From Octopus bimaculoides (taxonomy: Eukaryota): a stretch of 33,474 bases of DNA. A model generated the notes under the pieces. That model was not told where the DNA came from and searched no databases. It saw only the letters and a list, made by a program, of their open reading frames with translations. The first letter of the stretch is position 1; each line of letters starts with the position of its first letter. A program made the translations under genes and the position numbers. Below are positions 1 to 9,030 of the stretch, one piece after another. The stretch lies in assembly GCF_001194135.2 (NCBI RefSeq), contig NC_068991.1:61710954-61744427 (forward strand), read 5' to 3'.

Positions 1-192
1 AGCAGCAGCACCACCACCACCAACAACAACACCACCACCACCACCACCACCACCACTATGGCATCATCGGTGAGCAGCTCTCCATTCACTTTATACACTA
101 AATCTCACATTTGTAACCCCTATTAACCCGTTTAGAACAGTTAGATTTTGTTACGATGGGCATTTTCTATTGAACTCAACCAGAGTATTTTC

Positions 193-276
193 GTGACTAG
201 GTGGACGTGACTAGGTGGATGTGACTAGATGGATGTGACTAGGTGGATGTGACTAGGTGGATGTGACTAGGTGGAT
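193..276. repeat. Minisatellite: 6 x 14-bp GTGACTAGGTGGAT
   Basis: Units start at 193, 207, 221, 235, 249, 263; only two substitutions in total. Confidence 0.97.
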
Positions 277-288
277 AGTTGAGCTCTG

Positions 289-305
289 ATTGGCTGTATG
301 CAAAT
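289..305. promoter_or_regulatory. Inverted CCAAT box (ATTGG 289-293) plus perfect octamer ATGCAAAT (298-305)
   Basis: ctgATTGGctgtATGCAAATgag; motif matches are direct, function is not shown. Confidence 0.35.
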
Positions 306-1533
306 GAGTTCATAACTACTGGGGTCTGGAACTGTTGTGGGAAAAAATTTCGCCTCCAGTACCACCACAACCATGAACACAACCACCACCACAACCACTA
401 CCACAGCCACTACAACCACCACCACAATCAGTTCAACAACGCTACTACCACATCCATTACAACAGTTATTAATGATGACTACTACCACAATGGCCACTAC
501 AATGGTGACCACCACCACCACCACCACCATCACAATCAACACTTCTGCCACTACCACCACCACCACCACCACCACCACCGCTACTACCACCACCCTCACC
601 ACCACCACAGCCACCNNNNNNNNNNNNNNNNNNNNNNNNNNNNNNNNNNNNNNNNNNNNNNNNNNNNNNNNNNNNNNNNNNNNNNNNNNNNNNNNNNNNN
701 NNNNNNNNNNNNNNNNNNNNNNNNNNNNNNNNNNNNNNNNNNNNNNNNNNNNNNNNNNNNNNNNNNNNNNNNNNNNNNNNNNNNNNNNNNNNNNNNNNNN
801 NNNNNNNNNNNNNNNNNNNNNNNNNNNNNNNNNNNNNNNNNNNNNNNNNNNNNNNNNNNNNNNNNNNNNNNNNNNNNNNNNNNNNNNNNNNNNNNNNNNN
901 NNNNNNNNNNNNNNNNNNNNNNNNNNNNNNNNNNNNNNNNNNNNNNNNNNNNNNNNNNNNNNNNNNNNNNNNNNNNNNNNNNNNNNNNNNNNNNNNNNNN
1001 NNNNNNNNNNNNNNNNNNNNNNNNNNNNNNNNNNNNNNNNNNNNNNNNNNNNNNNNNNNNNNNNNNNNNNNNNNNNNNNNNNNNNNNNNNNNNNNNNNNN
1101 NNNNNNNNNNNNNNNNNNNNNNNNNNNNNNNNNNNNNNNNNNNNNNNNNNNNNNNNNNNNNNNNNNNNNNNNNNNNNNNNNNNNNNNNNNNNNNNNNNNN
1201 NNNNNNNNNNNNNNNNNNNNNNNNNNNNNNNNNNNNNNNNNNNNNNNNNNNNNNNNNNNNNNNNNNNNNNNNNNNNNNNNNNNNNNNNNNNNNNNNNNNN
1301 NNNNNNNNNNNNNNNNNNNNNNNNNNNNNNNNNNNNNNNNNNNNNNNNNNNNNNNNNNNNNNNNNNNNNNNNNNNNNNNNNNNNNNNNNNNNNNNNNNNN
1401 NNNNNNNNNNNNNNNNNNNNNNNNNNNNNNNNNNNNNNNNNNNNNNNNNNNNNNNNNNNNNNNNNNNNNNNNNNNNNNNNNNNNNNNNNNNNNNNNNNNN
1501 NNNNNNNNNNNNNNNNNNNNNNNNNNNNNNNNN

Positions 1534-2110
1534 AAGGGGTTAATAACTTCCTTGAAGGTTCCAAGAAGGAGATAAATATTTCCTGGAAAGTTCCGAGGGG
1601 GTTTATTACTTCCTGGAAAGCTCCGGGGAGCAATTACTTCTTGGAAAGTTCCGAGGAGGGAGAGGAGAGGGGTGAATTACTAGCTGGAAAGTTCCAAGAG
1701 GATTAATTACTTCCTGGGAAGTTCCAAGGAGGGGAGGATGTGGAGGAATTACTTCCTGGAAAGTTCCGAGGGGAAGGGGAGGAATTACTTCCTGGAAACT
1801 TCAAAGGGGGTTAATTACTTCCTGGAAAGTTCCGAGGAGGGGAGGGGTGGGTGGAATTATTTCATAGAAAGTTTCGAGGGGGATTAATTACTTGCTGGAA
1901 GGTTGCGAGCACAGGTGCATGAAGGGGAGGAATTACTTTCTGGAAAGTTCCGAGGATGGGGAGGTGAGGAATTACTTCCTGGAAAGTTCCAATGGGGATT
2001 AATTACTTCCCGGAAAGTTCCGAGGAGCGTGAGGAAGGGGAGGAATTACTTCCTGGAAAGTTCCGAGGTGGGGATGTAAGTACTTCTGGAAAGTTCTGAG
2101 GAGCTGATTA
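1534..2110. repeat. Complex minisatellite: 16 copies of ~21-bp core AATTACTTCCTGGAAAGTTCC separated by G/A-rich spacers; left end hidden in gap
   Basis: GGAAAGTTCC-equivalent starts at 1553, 1585, 1615, 1643, 1686, 1716, 1758, 1794, 1824, 1866, 1897, 1942, 1981, 2012, 2055, 2088. Confidence 0.95.
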
Positions 2111-2129
2111 ATTACATCGTATGTATGTA

Positions 2130-2409
2130 TACATAATCTGATAAATAAGTATCCAGACTGTTGCCATAGTAACGAGTCTAAATCACACAAAGTGAAGCTA
2201 CTTAGCAGAGATTGACCTTAAACTCTGCTGTGTATGCACACTAAGTTTTAAAGTTCTAGCTCACTTTTGCTGTTTACAGCAGTGCTTGGAAGGAAGGTGA
2301 GTAGCGTGTGATCGTCGGATTGACCATGACACAAAAAGTTGAGCAGAGAATCTGTATCAAATTTTGCCAAAAGCTTGACGATACTTGCTCAGAAGCCTAT
2401 GCAAAGTTT
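2130..2409 (+). mobile_element. Mariner (Tc1/mariner) 5' end with start of transposase
   Basis: TA followed by a TIR-like start; ATG at 2326 reads MTQKVEQRICIKFCQKLDDTCSEAYAK, the typical mariner N-terminal EQRxxIKFC HTH motif. Confidence 0.85.
2160..2173. promoter_or_regulatory. RFX X-box motif GTTGCCATAGTAAC inside the mariner terminus
   Basis: 14-bp match to the X-box consensus GTYNCYATRGYAAC. Confidence 0.4.
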
Positions 2410-2608
2410 TCTAAAAGTTTTCATTGTTCTCAAGACAATCAAAGAGATCTTGTGCAACTGAAACCCAAGTTTCTTTTTGGTTAGCTGGAAGCAATTTTGG
2501 CAAAAACTTGGCAGACACATGTCACATACCCAAATCTTCAGTGATAATGGACTGAACTGAACCATAACTAATCTGCACATCCTCTGATAACTCACAGATG
2601 GTGATTCA
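2400..2608 (-). mobile_element. Mariner transposase internal fragment (second HTH/linker), pseudogenised, inverted relative to the 5' piece
   Basis: Minus frame ITICELSEDVQISYGSVQSIITEDLGM*HVSAKFLPKLLPANQKETWVSVAQDLFDCLENNENF*KTL matches the mariner region just before the first catalytic D. Confidence 0.88.
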
Positions 2609-2973
2609 ACAACTATCTATGCATGTACTATCCTCTCCAATTATGAAGAAAAGAGAGGATGAAACCAATAAACTGTCCACAGTCTGTCTACCCTATGCGA
2701 AAGGCCTCTCCGAAAAGGTACAAAAGATATGCGGCCCATATGACATCAGGACAATATTCAAGAGTAATACAACACTTCATAAATATCTCCTTCGAGTAAA
2801 ACCACCAATAGAAGAGAATATGACCAAAAACTGTGTGTACTCCATCCCATGCAGCTGTGGTAGGTTATGCAAAGGCGTAACATGTCACCCCCTCAAAATA
2901 AGGGTAGACGAACATTGCAAAGCTGTGACATGAGGAGATATGGATAAATCGGGTATAGCTGATCATGTATGGA
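2609..2973 (+). mobile_element. Penelope-like retroelement fragment (RT C-terminus plus GIY-YIG endonuclease), decayed
   Basis: LPYAKGLSEKVQKIC..RTIFKSNTTLHKYL..KNCVYSIPCSCGRLCKGVTCHPLKIRVDEH..*GDMDKSGIADHVW fits the PLE motifs VYxIPCxCG.Y.GET.R.L..R..EH and S.IA.H. Confidence 0.88.
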
Positions 2974-3199
2974 CTGAACCCAGACTGACCCCAGAATCAT
3001 GTGGTTGAGAAGCAAGTATAGATATTTCTTTTTTTTTTTGTTTCTATTTTTCTTGAACCCTAAAACTCTTAAGGTCAGTTACTAAGTTTTCGGGGCCTAT
3101 AGGTGACCAAGATCACAGCTCTTACTCCTTAATGAGGTACTGGTCCATTGTAGGATTCAAGCCCAGCACTTTTTTGAGATGAAGGCGCAAGTCATGTCA

Positions 3200-3376
3200 T
3201 TTACTTTGATCCCAGTATATGACTGGTCCATTCTTATATCAACCCCAAAGTTCAACTGGTACTTTATTCTATTAACCCTGAAAGTATAAAAGGCACAGTT
3301 GAGCTCAGTGTAGTTTGAACTCAGAACTGTTGCTAAACATTTTTGTCCAATGTACTAATGATTCTGCCAGCTTGCT
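3200..3376 (-). mobile_element. tRNA-derived SINE family A, diverged copy
   Basis: Reverse complement carries gctggcagaatc-ttag...gagttcaaac head and aagtaccagt tail shared with ~10 other copies here. Confidence 0.7.
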
Positions 3377-3665
3377 ATCCTGAATAAAGCAAATATTCTG
3401 AATTAGGATATTTTATTTGAAAATATATAAAAAATACAAACATTATTATTATTTTTGCCTGGTTAGTATTTTTTATATTTTTTATTTATTAGATGATGTA
3501 CAATTTTCTTTTGTATATCTTCATTTATCTTTTATGTGCACTTTGTAATTAAATATTCAATTATACATCCTCTTTTTCTTTTGACGAAACTATATTATTA
3601 GACTACATTATTGTACTGGGCAGATAAACAAATTGAGTTTTAATAATGAAAAAATATCGTTTAAT

Positions 3666-3667
<2 letters not shown>

Positions 3668-3718
<51 letters not shown>

Positions 3719-4161
3719 NNNNNNNNNNNNNNNNNNNNNNNNNNNNNNNNNNNNNNNNNNNNNNNNNNNNNNNNNNNNNNNNNNNNNNNNNNNNNNNNNN
3801 NNNNNNNNNNNNNNNNNNNNNNNNNNNNNNNNNNNNNNNNNNNNNNNNNNNNNNNNNNNNNNNNNNNNNNNNNNNNNNNNNNNNNNNNNNNNNNNNNNNN
3901 NNNNNNNNNNNNNNNNNNNNNNNNNNNNNNNNNNNNNNNNNNNNNNNNNNNNNNNNNNNNNNNNNNTATGTACATACATACACACATACAAATATACATA
4001 CATACATACATACATACATGCATACATAATTCAAACATACATGCATACATACATTCAAACATACATGCATACATACATTCAAACATACATACATACATGC
4101 ATACATACATGCATACATACATTCAAACATACATACATACATGCATACAGACATGCATGCA

Positions 4162-4192
<31 letters not shown>

Positions 4193-4195
4193 GTA
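3668..4195. repeat. (TA)n and (TACA)n microsatellites flanking gap 3719-3966
   Basis: Directly visible. Confidence 0.95.
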
Positions 4196-4429
4196 CATAA
4201 GTGCCTCTATAAATAGCTTCATTAATACATTTAACTATATATATACATCCGTTACCTTTATGGTTAGTTGGATCATTAAATTCTATTGATATTTCATGAT
4301 GAAAAAACATCCTACTAATTCCATTTAAATGTAAAACAAACATTATATTCTATTATCTAATTTGGTTTTAAATTCTAGCTGAAATACATAATTATCTTCA
4401 CTATTATAAGCACATTAATTTCACCATTA

Positions 4430-4600
4430 TCATAAGAATCTTTAGCAATGCCGGACAAAATGCTTAGCAGCATTGCATCCATTTTTTACATTCTAAGTTC
4501 AAATTTCTCTGAAGTCAACTTTACCTTTCATCCTCTCAGCATCAATAAAATAATTACCAGGGAAGTACTGGGTTTAATATAATCAACAGCACCCCACTCA
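4430..4600 (+). mobile_element. SINE family A, diverged copy
   Basis: aatgcttagcag...ttctaagttcaaat...caactttacctttcatcct matches family A. Confidence 0.7.
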
Positions 4601-4614
4601 ATTATTATTATTAT

Positions 4615-4743
4615 TTTTTCTACTCTTGGCACAAGGCCCTAAATTTTGGGGAGGGGGCCAGTTGATTAGATCAACCCCAGTACACAACTGGTATTTAATT
4701 TATTGACCCCCAAAAGGATGACAGGCATAGTTGACCTTGGCGG
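4615..4743 (-). mobile_element. SINE family A, 3' half, inverted relative to 4430-4600
   Basis: Reverse complement: ccgccaaggtcaactatgcctgtcatcc...taccagttgtgtactggggttgatc. Confidence 0.7.
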
Positions 4744-4850
4744 TCAATTACACAGGTGTTTAGGAAATAGACATTGTTCCTACACAAAATCGGTCTCTTG
4801 AATCTAAATATAACCTTTTTTTTTTTACCTATTCTAGTTTTTAAGTTTTT

Positions 4851-5855
4851 GAGCCCTATAATCACGTGGACGACTGCTACTTTTGTAACCTAAATTTGAA
4901 GGGTATTAACCAGAAAAATCGACAAACACTTGTCTATCCTAATCTTGCCTCTGCTATTAGACCGGTTCCACACAGTGGAGAGCTTCCTGTTTCTGTCTTC
5001 AATGTCTTGCCACAGATAACTTTACCCTCAACCAAAGAAAAATCATCACCTGAAGATGACACTAGAGATCAAGACTTTTCAGTTGAGACTTTACCTCAGC
5101 TATTCTCTCAGGTAGAAGTGAATGATCTAGTTTGTGACTTGAACCTCCAAAAAATTGTGCAGAACTGTTGGTTTCCCAACTGAAAGAGAAGAATCTTCTA
5201 GAGAATGGTGTCCGTATAACCTTTTATCAGATTTGGTATGAAGAGTTCCTTTCTTTCTTCACAAAAGAGGAAGAGCTGGTTTACTACAGAGATGTCAGTG
5301 GGCTTCTTAAAGTTGGCATTGAGGAAAACAAACCAGAGGAATGGCGTCTTTTCATAGACAGCACTAAGCGTAGTTTAAAATGTGTATTGATGCTTAATGG
5401 AAATGTGTATGGCTCTGTCCCGCTCAGCCATTCAACAACTCTGAAGGAAAGATATGAAGAAATTAAGTTGGTTTTAGAGAAGATGCTGTATCACGATCGT
5501 AAATGGGTCATCTGTGTTGACTTAAAGATGGTGAATTTTCTCATGGGACAGTAATCTGGTTATACCAAATACCCATGCTCTCTTTGCATGTGGGGCAGTA
5601 GAGACCGAGTAAACCACTATGTTAAGAAAGATTGGCTGCCTTGAACAAATATGGCTCCATGTAGAGCTGCCAATATATTGGAAGAACCTTTAGTTGAGCG
5701 AGATAAAATCATTTTCTCCCTTTGCATATCAGACTTAGATTGGTCAAGCAATTCGTCAAAACTCTTGATGAAAATGGAGAGTGCTTCAAGTATATCTGCA
5801 GATTATTTCCAGACTTGACAATTGAAAAACTTAAAGCAGGGATTTTTGATGGACA
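4851..5855 (+). mobile_element. Fossil DDE DNA transposase, probably CMC superfamily (Chapaev/Chapaev3-like); frameshifts and stops
   Basis: EPYNHVDDCYFC (end of Chapa-type Zn finger), SAIRPVPHS, WRLFIDSTKRSLKCVL, WVICVDLKMVNFLMGQ*SGYTKYPC..C.W, LHIRLRLVKQFVK, EKLKAGIFDG; stops at 5552 and 5641. Superfamily label is from recall. Confidence 0.8.
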
Positions 5856-6102
5856 AATGCCACCAATACAACAGAGTATGCTAATGAGTCTGCTACCGCG
5901 CCACCCATAGGGGTGATAATAACAATAACACTGTTTCAATCCCATCATTGCAGTACCAGCACTTTGGGTCTACTCCCTTTTTCATCACATTGGTTTGGTA
6001 GTTACAGATCAATAAGCTCTGATCTTGAGCAGCTAAGATAAAGCCTTCACTTTCTGCCTTTAGCCCTGAGCTCCGTAGCCACTGATGAGTATGCTTCTGG
6101 TA

Positions 6103-6103
<1 letters not shown>

Positions 6104-6160
<57 letters not shown>
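6104..6160. repeat. (TAT)n microsatellite at the 3' end of an RLE-LINE
   Basis: Directly visible. Confidence 0.97.
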
Positions 6161-6638
6161 GTTCAGTAGTTTTATTTTTATAACGTGCTTTCACTTCACT
6201 ACCGAGCGCAGCTCTGTGCGCCTTGGGTATATGCTGTGGTTTGCTGTGATGCTCTTATGGTTACTGTATTGAAAGTGTTTTGCGTAGGATGTGTGCAGTG
6301 CCCAGTAGTGCAATTTTCTGTATGTTATATATATTTGTAAGTCCTGGTGTTTTTGTTATGTATTTGTCTGAATATTTTTTTATTATACCTAAGGCACCTA
6401 CTATGATAGGAATTGCTTCTGTTTTTAGATTCCACATTCGAGTTACCTCTATTTCCAGGTCTTTGTATTTTGAAAGTTTTTCCATTTCTTTTAGGGAAAC
6501 ATTGTCATCTGCTGGTATTGATACATCAATTAGAAAGCATTTTTTTTCTTCATGATCTTTGACAACTATATCTGGTCTATTTTCCTTAATTTCTCTATCT
6601 GTGTGTATTGGCATATCCCAGAGTATGGTTGCTTTCTC
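6161..6638 (-). mobile_element. R4/Dong-like non-LTR retrotransposon 3' end (restriction-like endonuclease domain plus 3' UTR), 5'-truncated
   Basis: EKATILWDMPIHTDREIKENRPDIVVKD..CFLIDVSIP..KEMEKLSKYKDL..IIVGALG..IQKIALLGTAHILRK is a PD-(D/E)xK RLE; open to stop at 6261; TAA tracts on both sides. Confidence 0.88.
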
Positions 6639-6676
6639 TTATTATTATTATTATCATCATTATTATTATTATTATT

Positions 6677-6990
6677 AATTTGGTTCAACTCAGGTCCGAT
6701 CTTATTCCTGGTAGGATTTATGGGGATAGCGGGTTACTACCTGTAACATTAAGTATCTACAAGATTTCAGCTGTCTTTCAAGTGCTTAGAATCCTCATAA
6801 TAATTCTTGTTGTCCCTAAGAGACGAACTTTGTGTAGGAGCTCTACAGGGAATTCTATTCCAATCTCTTTCAGCCATTTGTCTATATAATTGCTTACTGT
6901 TTCCAATGCACCAATTATTATCAGCATGATCTTTGCTGTTCTCATGCTCTAAATTCTTCCTATTTCAAATTTTAAGGGATTGTATTTATT
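6677..6990 (-). mobile_element. Second R4/Dong-like 3' end, different subfamily and older
   Basis: KYNPLKFEIGRI*SMRTAKIMLIIIGALETVS..KEIGIEFPVELLHKVRLLGTTRII..* (stop at 6778-6780); its 3' UTR ends at a TAA tract. Confidence 0.8.
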
Positions 6991-7074
6991 ATTTTTTTTT
7001 GTTTTGTTTTTCGTCCTCTTTCTTTACAATCCTGGAATCAAATGGGCATGATGGTTCAATTAGTAAGTAATTAT

Positions 7075-7387
7075 CACCACCACCACCACCACCACCACTA
7101 CCACATCACCATCACCATCACCATCACCATCATCATCATCATCATCGTCATCATCATCATGCCACCAAACTGGCAGAATCGTTAGCACACTGGGAAAAAT
7201 ACTTAGCAGTATTTGGTCCGTTTTTGCGTTCTCAGTTCAAACTCTGCCAAAGTTGACTTTGCCTTCCATCCTTGCAGGGCCAATTAAATAAAGTACCAGT
7301 TACGTACTGGAGTCGATGTAATCGACTTAATCCCTTCCCCAAATTTGAAGCCTTGTGCTTCCAGTAGAAAGGATTATTTTAATTTTT

Positions 7388-7438
<51 letters not shown>

Positions 7439-7488
7439 AATTATTAGTATTATTATTGTTATTATTATCATTATCATCATTATTAATA

Positions 7489-7555
<67 letters not shown>
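7075..7555. repeat. (CAC)n/(CAT)n (7075-7160) and long (TAT)n (7385-7555) microsatellites around a SINE
   Basis: Directly visible. Confidence 0.9.
7167..7375 (+). mobile_element. SINE family A, full-length
   Basis: actggcagaatcgttagc head, gttcaaactc B-box-like motif, aagtaccagttacgtactgg..gatgtaatcgac tail, ends gaaaggatt. Confidence 0.85.
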
Positions 7556-8147
7556 ATATTTTCGATTTCTTCTGTCCAAATATCAAATCATGATTTTTGT
7601 TGAAGGATTTGGTAATAAGCCTTGGTTGATTTGTCAAAGTTTGTTTTGCATTAAATGATTTTAAATATTTTCTCTCTAGACTCTAAGGGTTTTACTATAT
7701 ATATTTAATAAACTAATCGCCCTAGACCTTTTATTTAATTACTTTTGTTTTACACATCAGAAGTTAAATTCTTTTTATGCTTTAGAAGTATTTTGGCTAT
7801 TTTCCAAATAAAGAGAAAGCGTGAGTTCCAGAATAATAAAGTGCAAATGAATGATAAGGGTTTCGCTTAATTCAAATGAAAATCTGTAAGTGAAATTTTG
7901 TGGAACGATGCCAGGACCAAAAGATGATTTAGAAGTTAGAAATTGTTATCTGACCACTAATTAGTTCAGGTTCAAAAGAACAGCATTTCAGTTTTAGTAG
8001 AATAATATTTAATACTTGGAGATTTTTATCTAAAATTTAGATATAGTGTAATGTAATAAGAATTCAAATAAAAATATTTTGCACCAAATGACTGAGAAAG
8101 GAAAAGCTTCTGTTTGAATTAATATTTGCTTTATAATTAACAGAAAC

Positions 8148-8393
8148 TATGAGAGGGTGCTGGAAAGTTCCAAGGGTACTGAAAATTTTCTTAGGGTGCT
8201 GAAAAGTTCCTTTGTGAAAGGCTTGATTGGAAGCCCAACCTTCTGAGTTCTTTTACAGGGCTTAGAAAAACTGAAGGACTGCTGCAATAAGTGTTTGAAT
8301 CTGTGAGGGAAACATGTTGAATAAAATCATAATTAACCGATCCTCCTGTATTTTCTTTTACACAAAGTCAGGGATCCTGCAGCAACCCTCATA
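8148..8393 (+). mobile_element. Internally deleted mariner (MITE-like) inserted at TA
   Basis: Starts tatgagagggtgctggaaagttcc, ends gcagcaaccctcata (degenerate TIR); contains QGLEKLKDCCNKCLNL*GKHVE*, a mariner C-terminus; absent from the sibling tandem units. Confidence 0.75.
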
Positions 8394-8849
8394 ATATAAC
8401 AAATACAAGAACCAGTCCTTATTGTGGTGTGGTGCCCCTGTGGCCTCAATGAACCTGAGAGTTATGTCAGAGGAGCACAAACTCTAGGTAAGGCCTCCCA
8501 TGCTAAACTCATCAAAGGAAAGAGGCCAGATGAATATCGTGACCACAACATGGGCTACTCCTTGTTACAGTATGGATGTTTGTGTACCTCAATAACCCTG
8601 AAAGCAATGCAGGTATAGTATAAGCTCCCACCTGGTAGGTCTTCCTATGCTGGACAGGTCAAAGGATAGAAATCAGACTAATATTGACCAATTCCTCCCA
8701 GAGGTAAAAATGGGGTTGTACAGAGCCAGCACCTCTATTTAGCAAGGAACAAAGGTACAGAAATATAAATGACAATTTAAAATGTTCAAAGTCTGGGAGA
8801 GGAAAGACAGTCCAGAGAAAGCAAAGAAATATACACATTTAACCTAATG

Positions 8850-9030
8850 TGGAACCCACAAGAGTGATGGAAGAGAGGATGTTCTGAAAAAATGTTGGAG
8901 GTAGGATTCAGAGGCAGAGATGAAAAAACAGGGATCCAATTGGAGACAAGTGGAAAAGACAGCCCAGAGTTAAACACAGTGGGGGAAAACTTGTTGATGG
9001 TTCACACTCCACAGAGAACAAAGGGCTTGA
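8850..9030 (+). mobile_element. RTE-LINE 3'-end relic (paralogous relics at ~9490-9640 and 17725-17785)
   Basis: LMWNPQE*WKRG and KLVDGSHSTENKGLE; the 17725 copy reads QCRKVVDGLCSIGSKELE; RTE C-terminal WNPxGKRxRGRP / WRxxVDGLCS motifs. Confidence 0.55.

Larger units (their letters stand above)
1..615. repeat. (ACC/AAC)n low-complexity trinucleotide tracts (1-58 and ~358-615) running into a gap
   Basis: Directly visible CAC/ACC/AAC runs; source of the poly-T/H/V ORFs in the ORF track. Confidence 0.95.

Noticed and set aside
267-1706. Long ORFs in the ORF track (poly-T, poly-H, poly-V and all X-filled ORFs across the window)
   Set aside because: They are translations of microsatellites or read through N gaps; no domain content
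1534-2110. CRISPR array interpretation of the repeat-spacer structure
   Set aside because: Eukaryotic context, no cas genes, spacers are short (7-24 bp), mutually similar and purine-rich, and the repeats are degenerate
1534-2110. Coding tandem repeat (NYFLESSEEG / ITSWKVP)
   Set aside because: Several unit lengths are not multiples of 3 (28, 31, 32, 43), so no frame stays open
6082-6088. Hammerhead ribozyme core CTGATGA; also CTGACGA on minus in family C (11707-11713)
   Set aside because: No stem II followed by GAAA at 6082 (runs into the TAT repeat); the family C site is followed by GAAG, not GAAA, and I could not build the three stems
7786-7820. 35-nt candidate exon (tttAG|KYFGYFPNKEK|GTGAGT)
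   Set aside because: Good-looking splice sites but very short, in AT-rich DNA where such matches are common; no recognisable protein or compatible neighbouring exon
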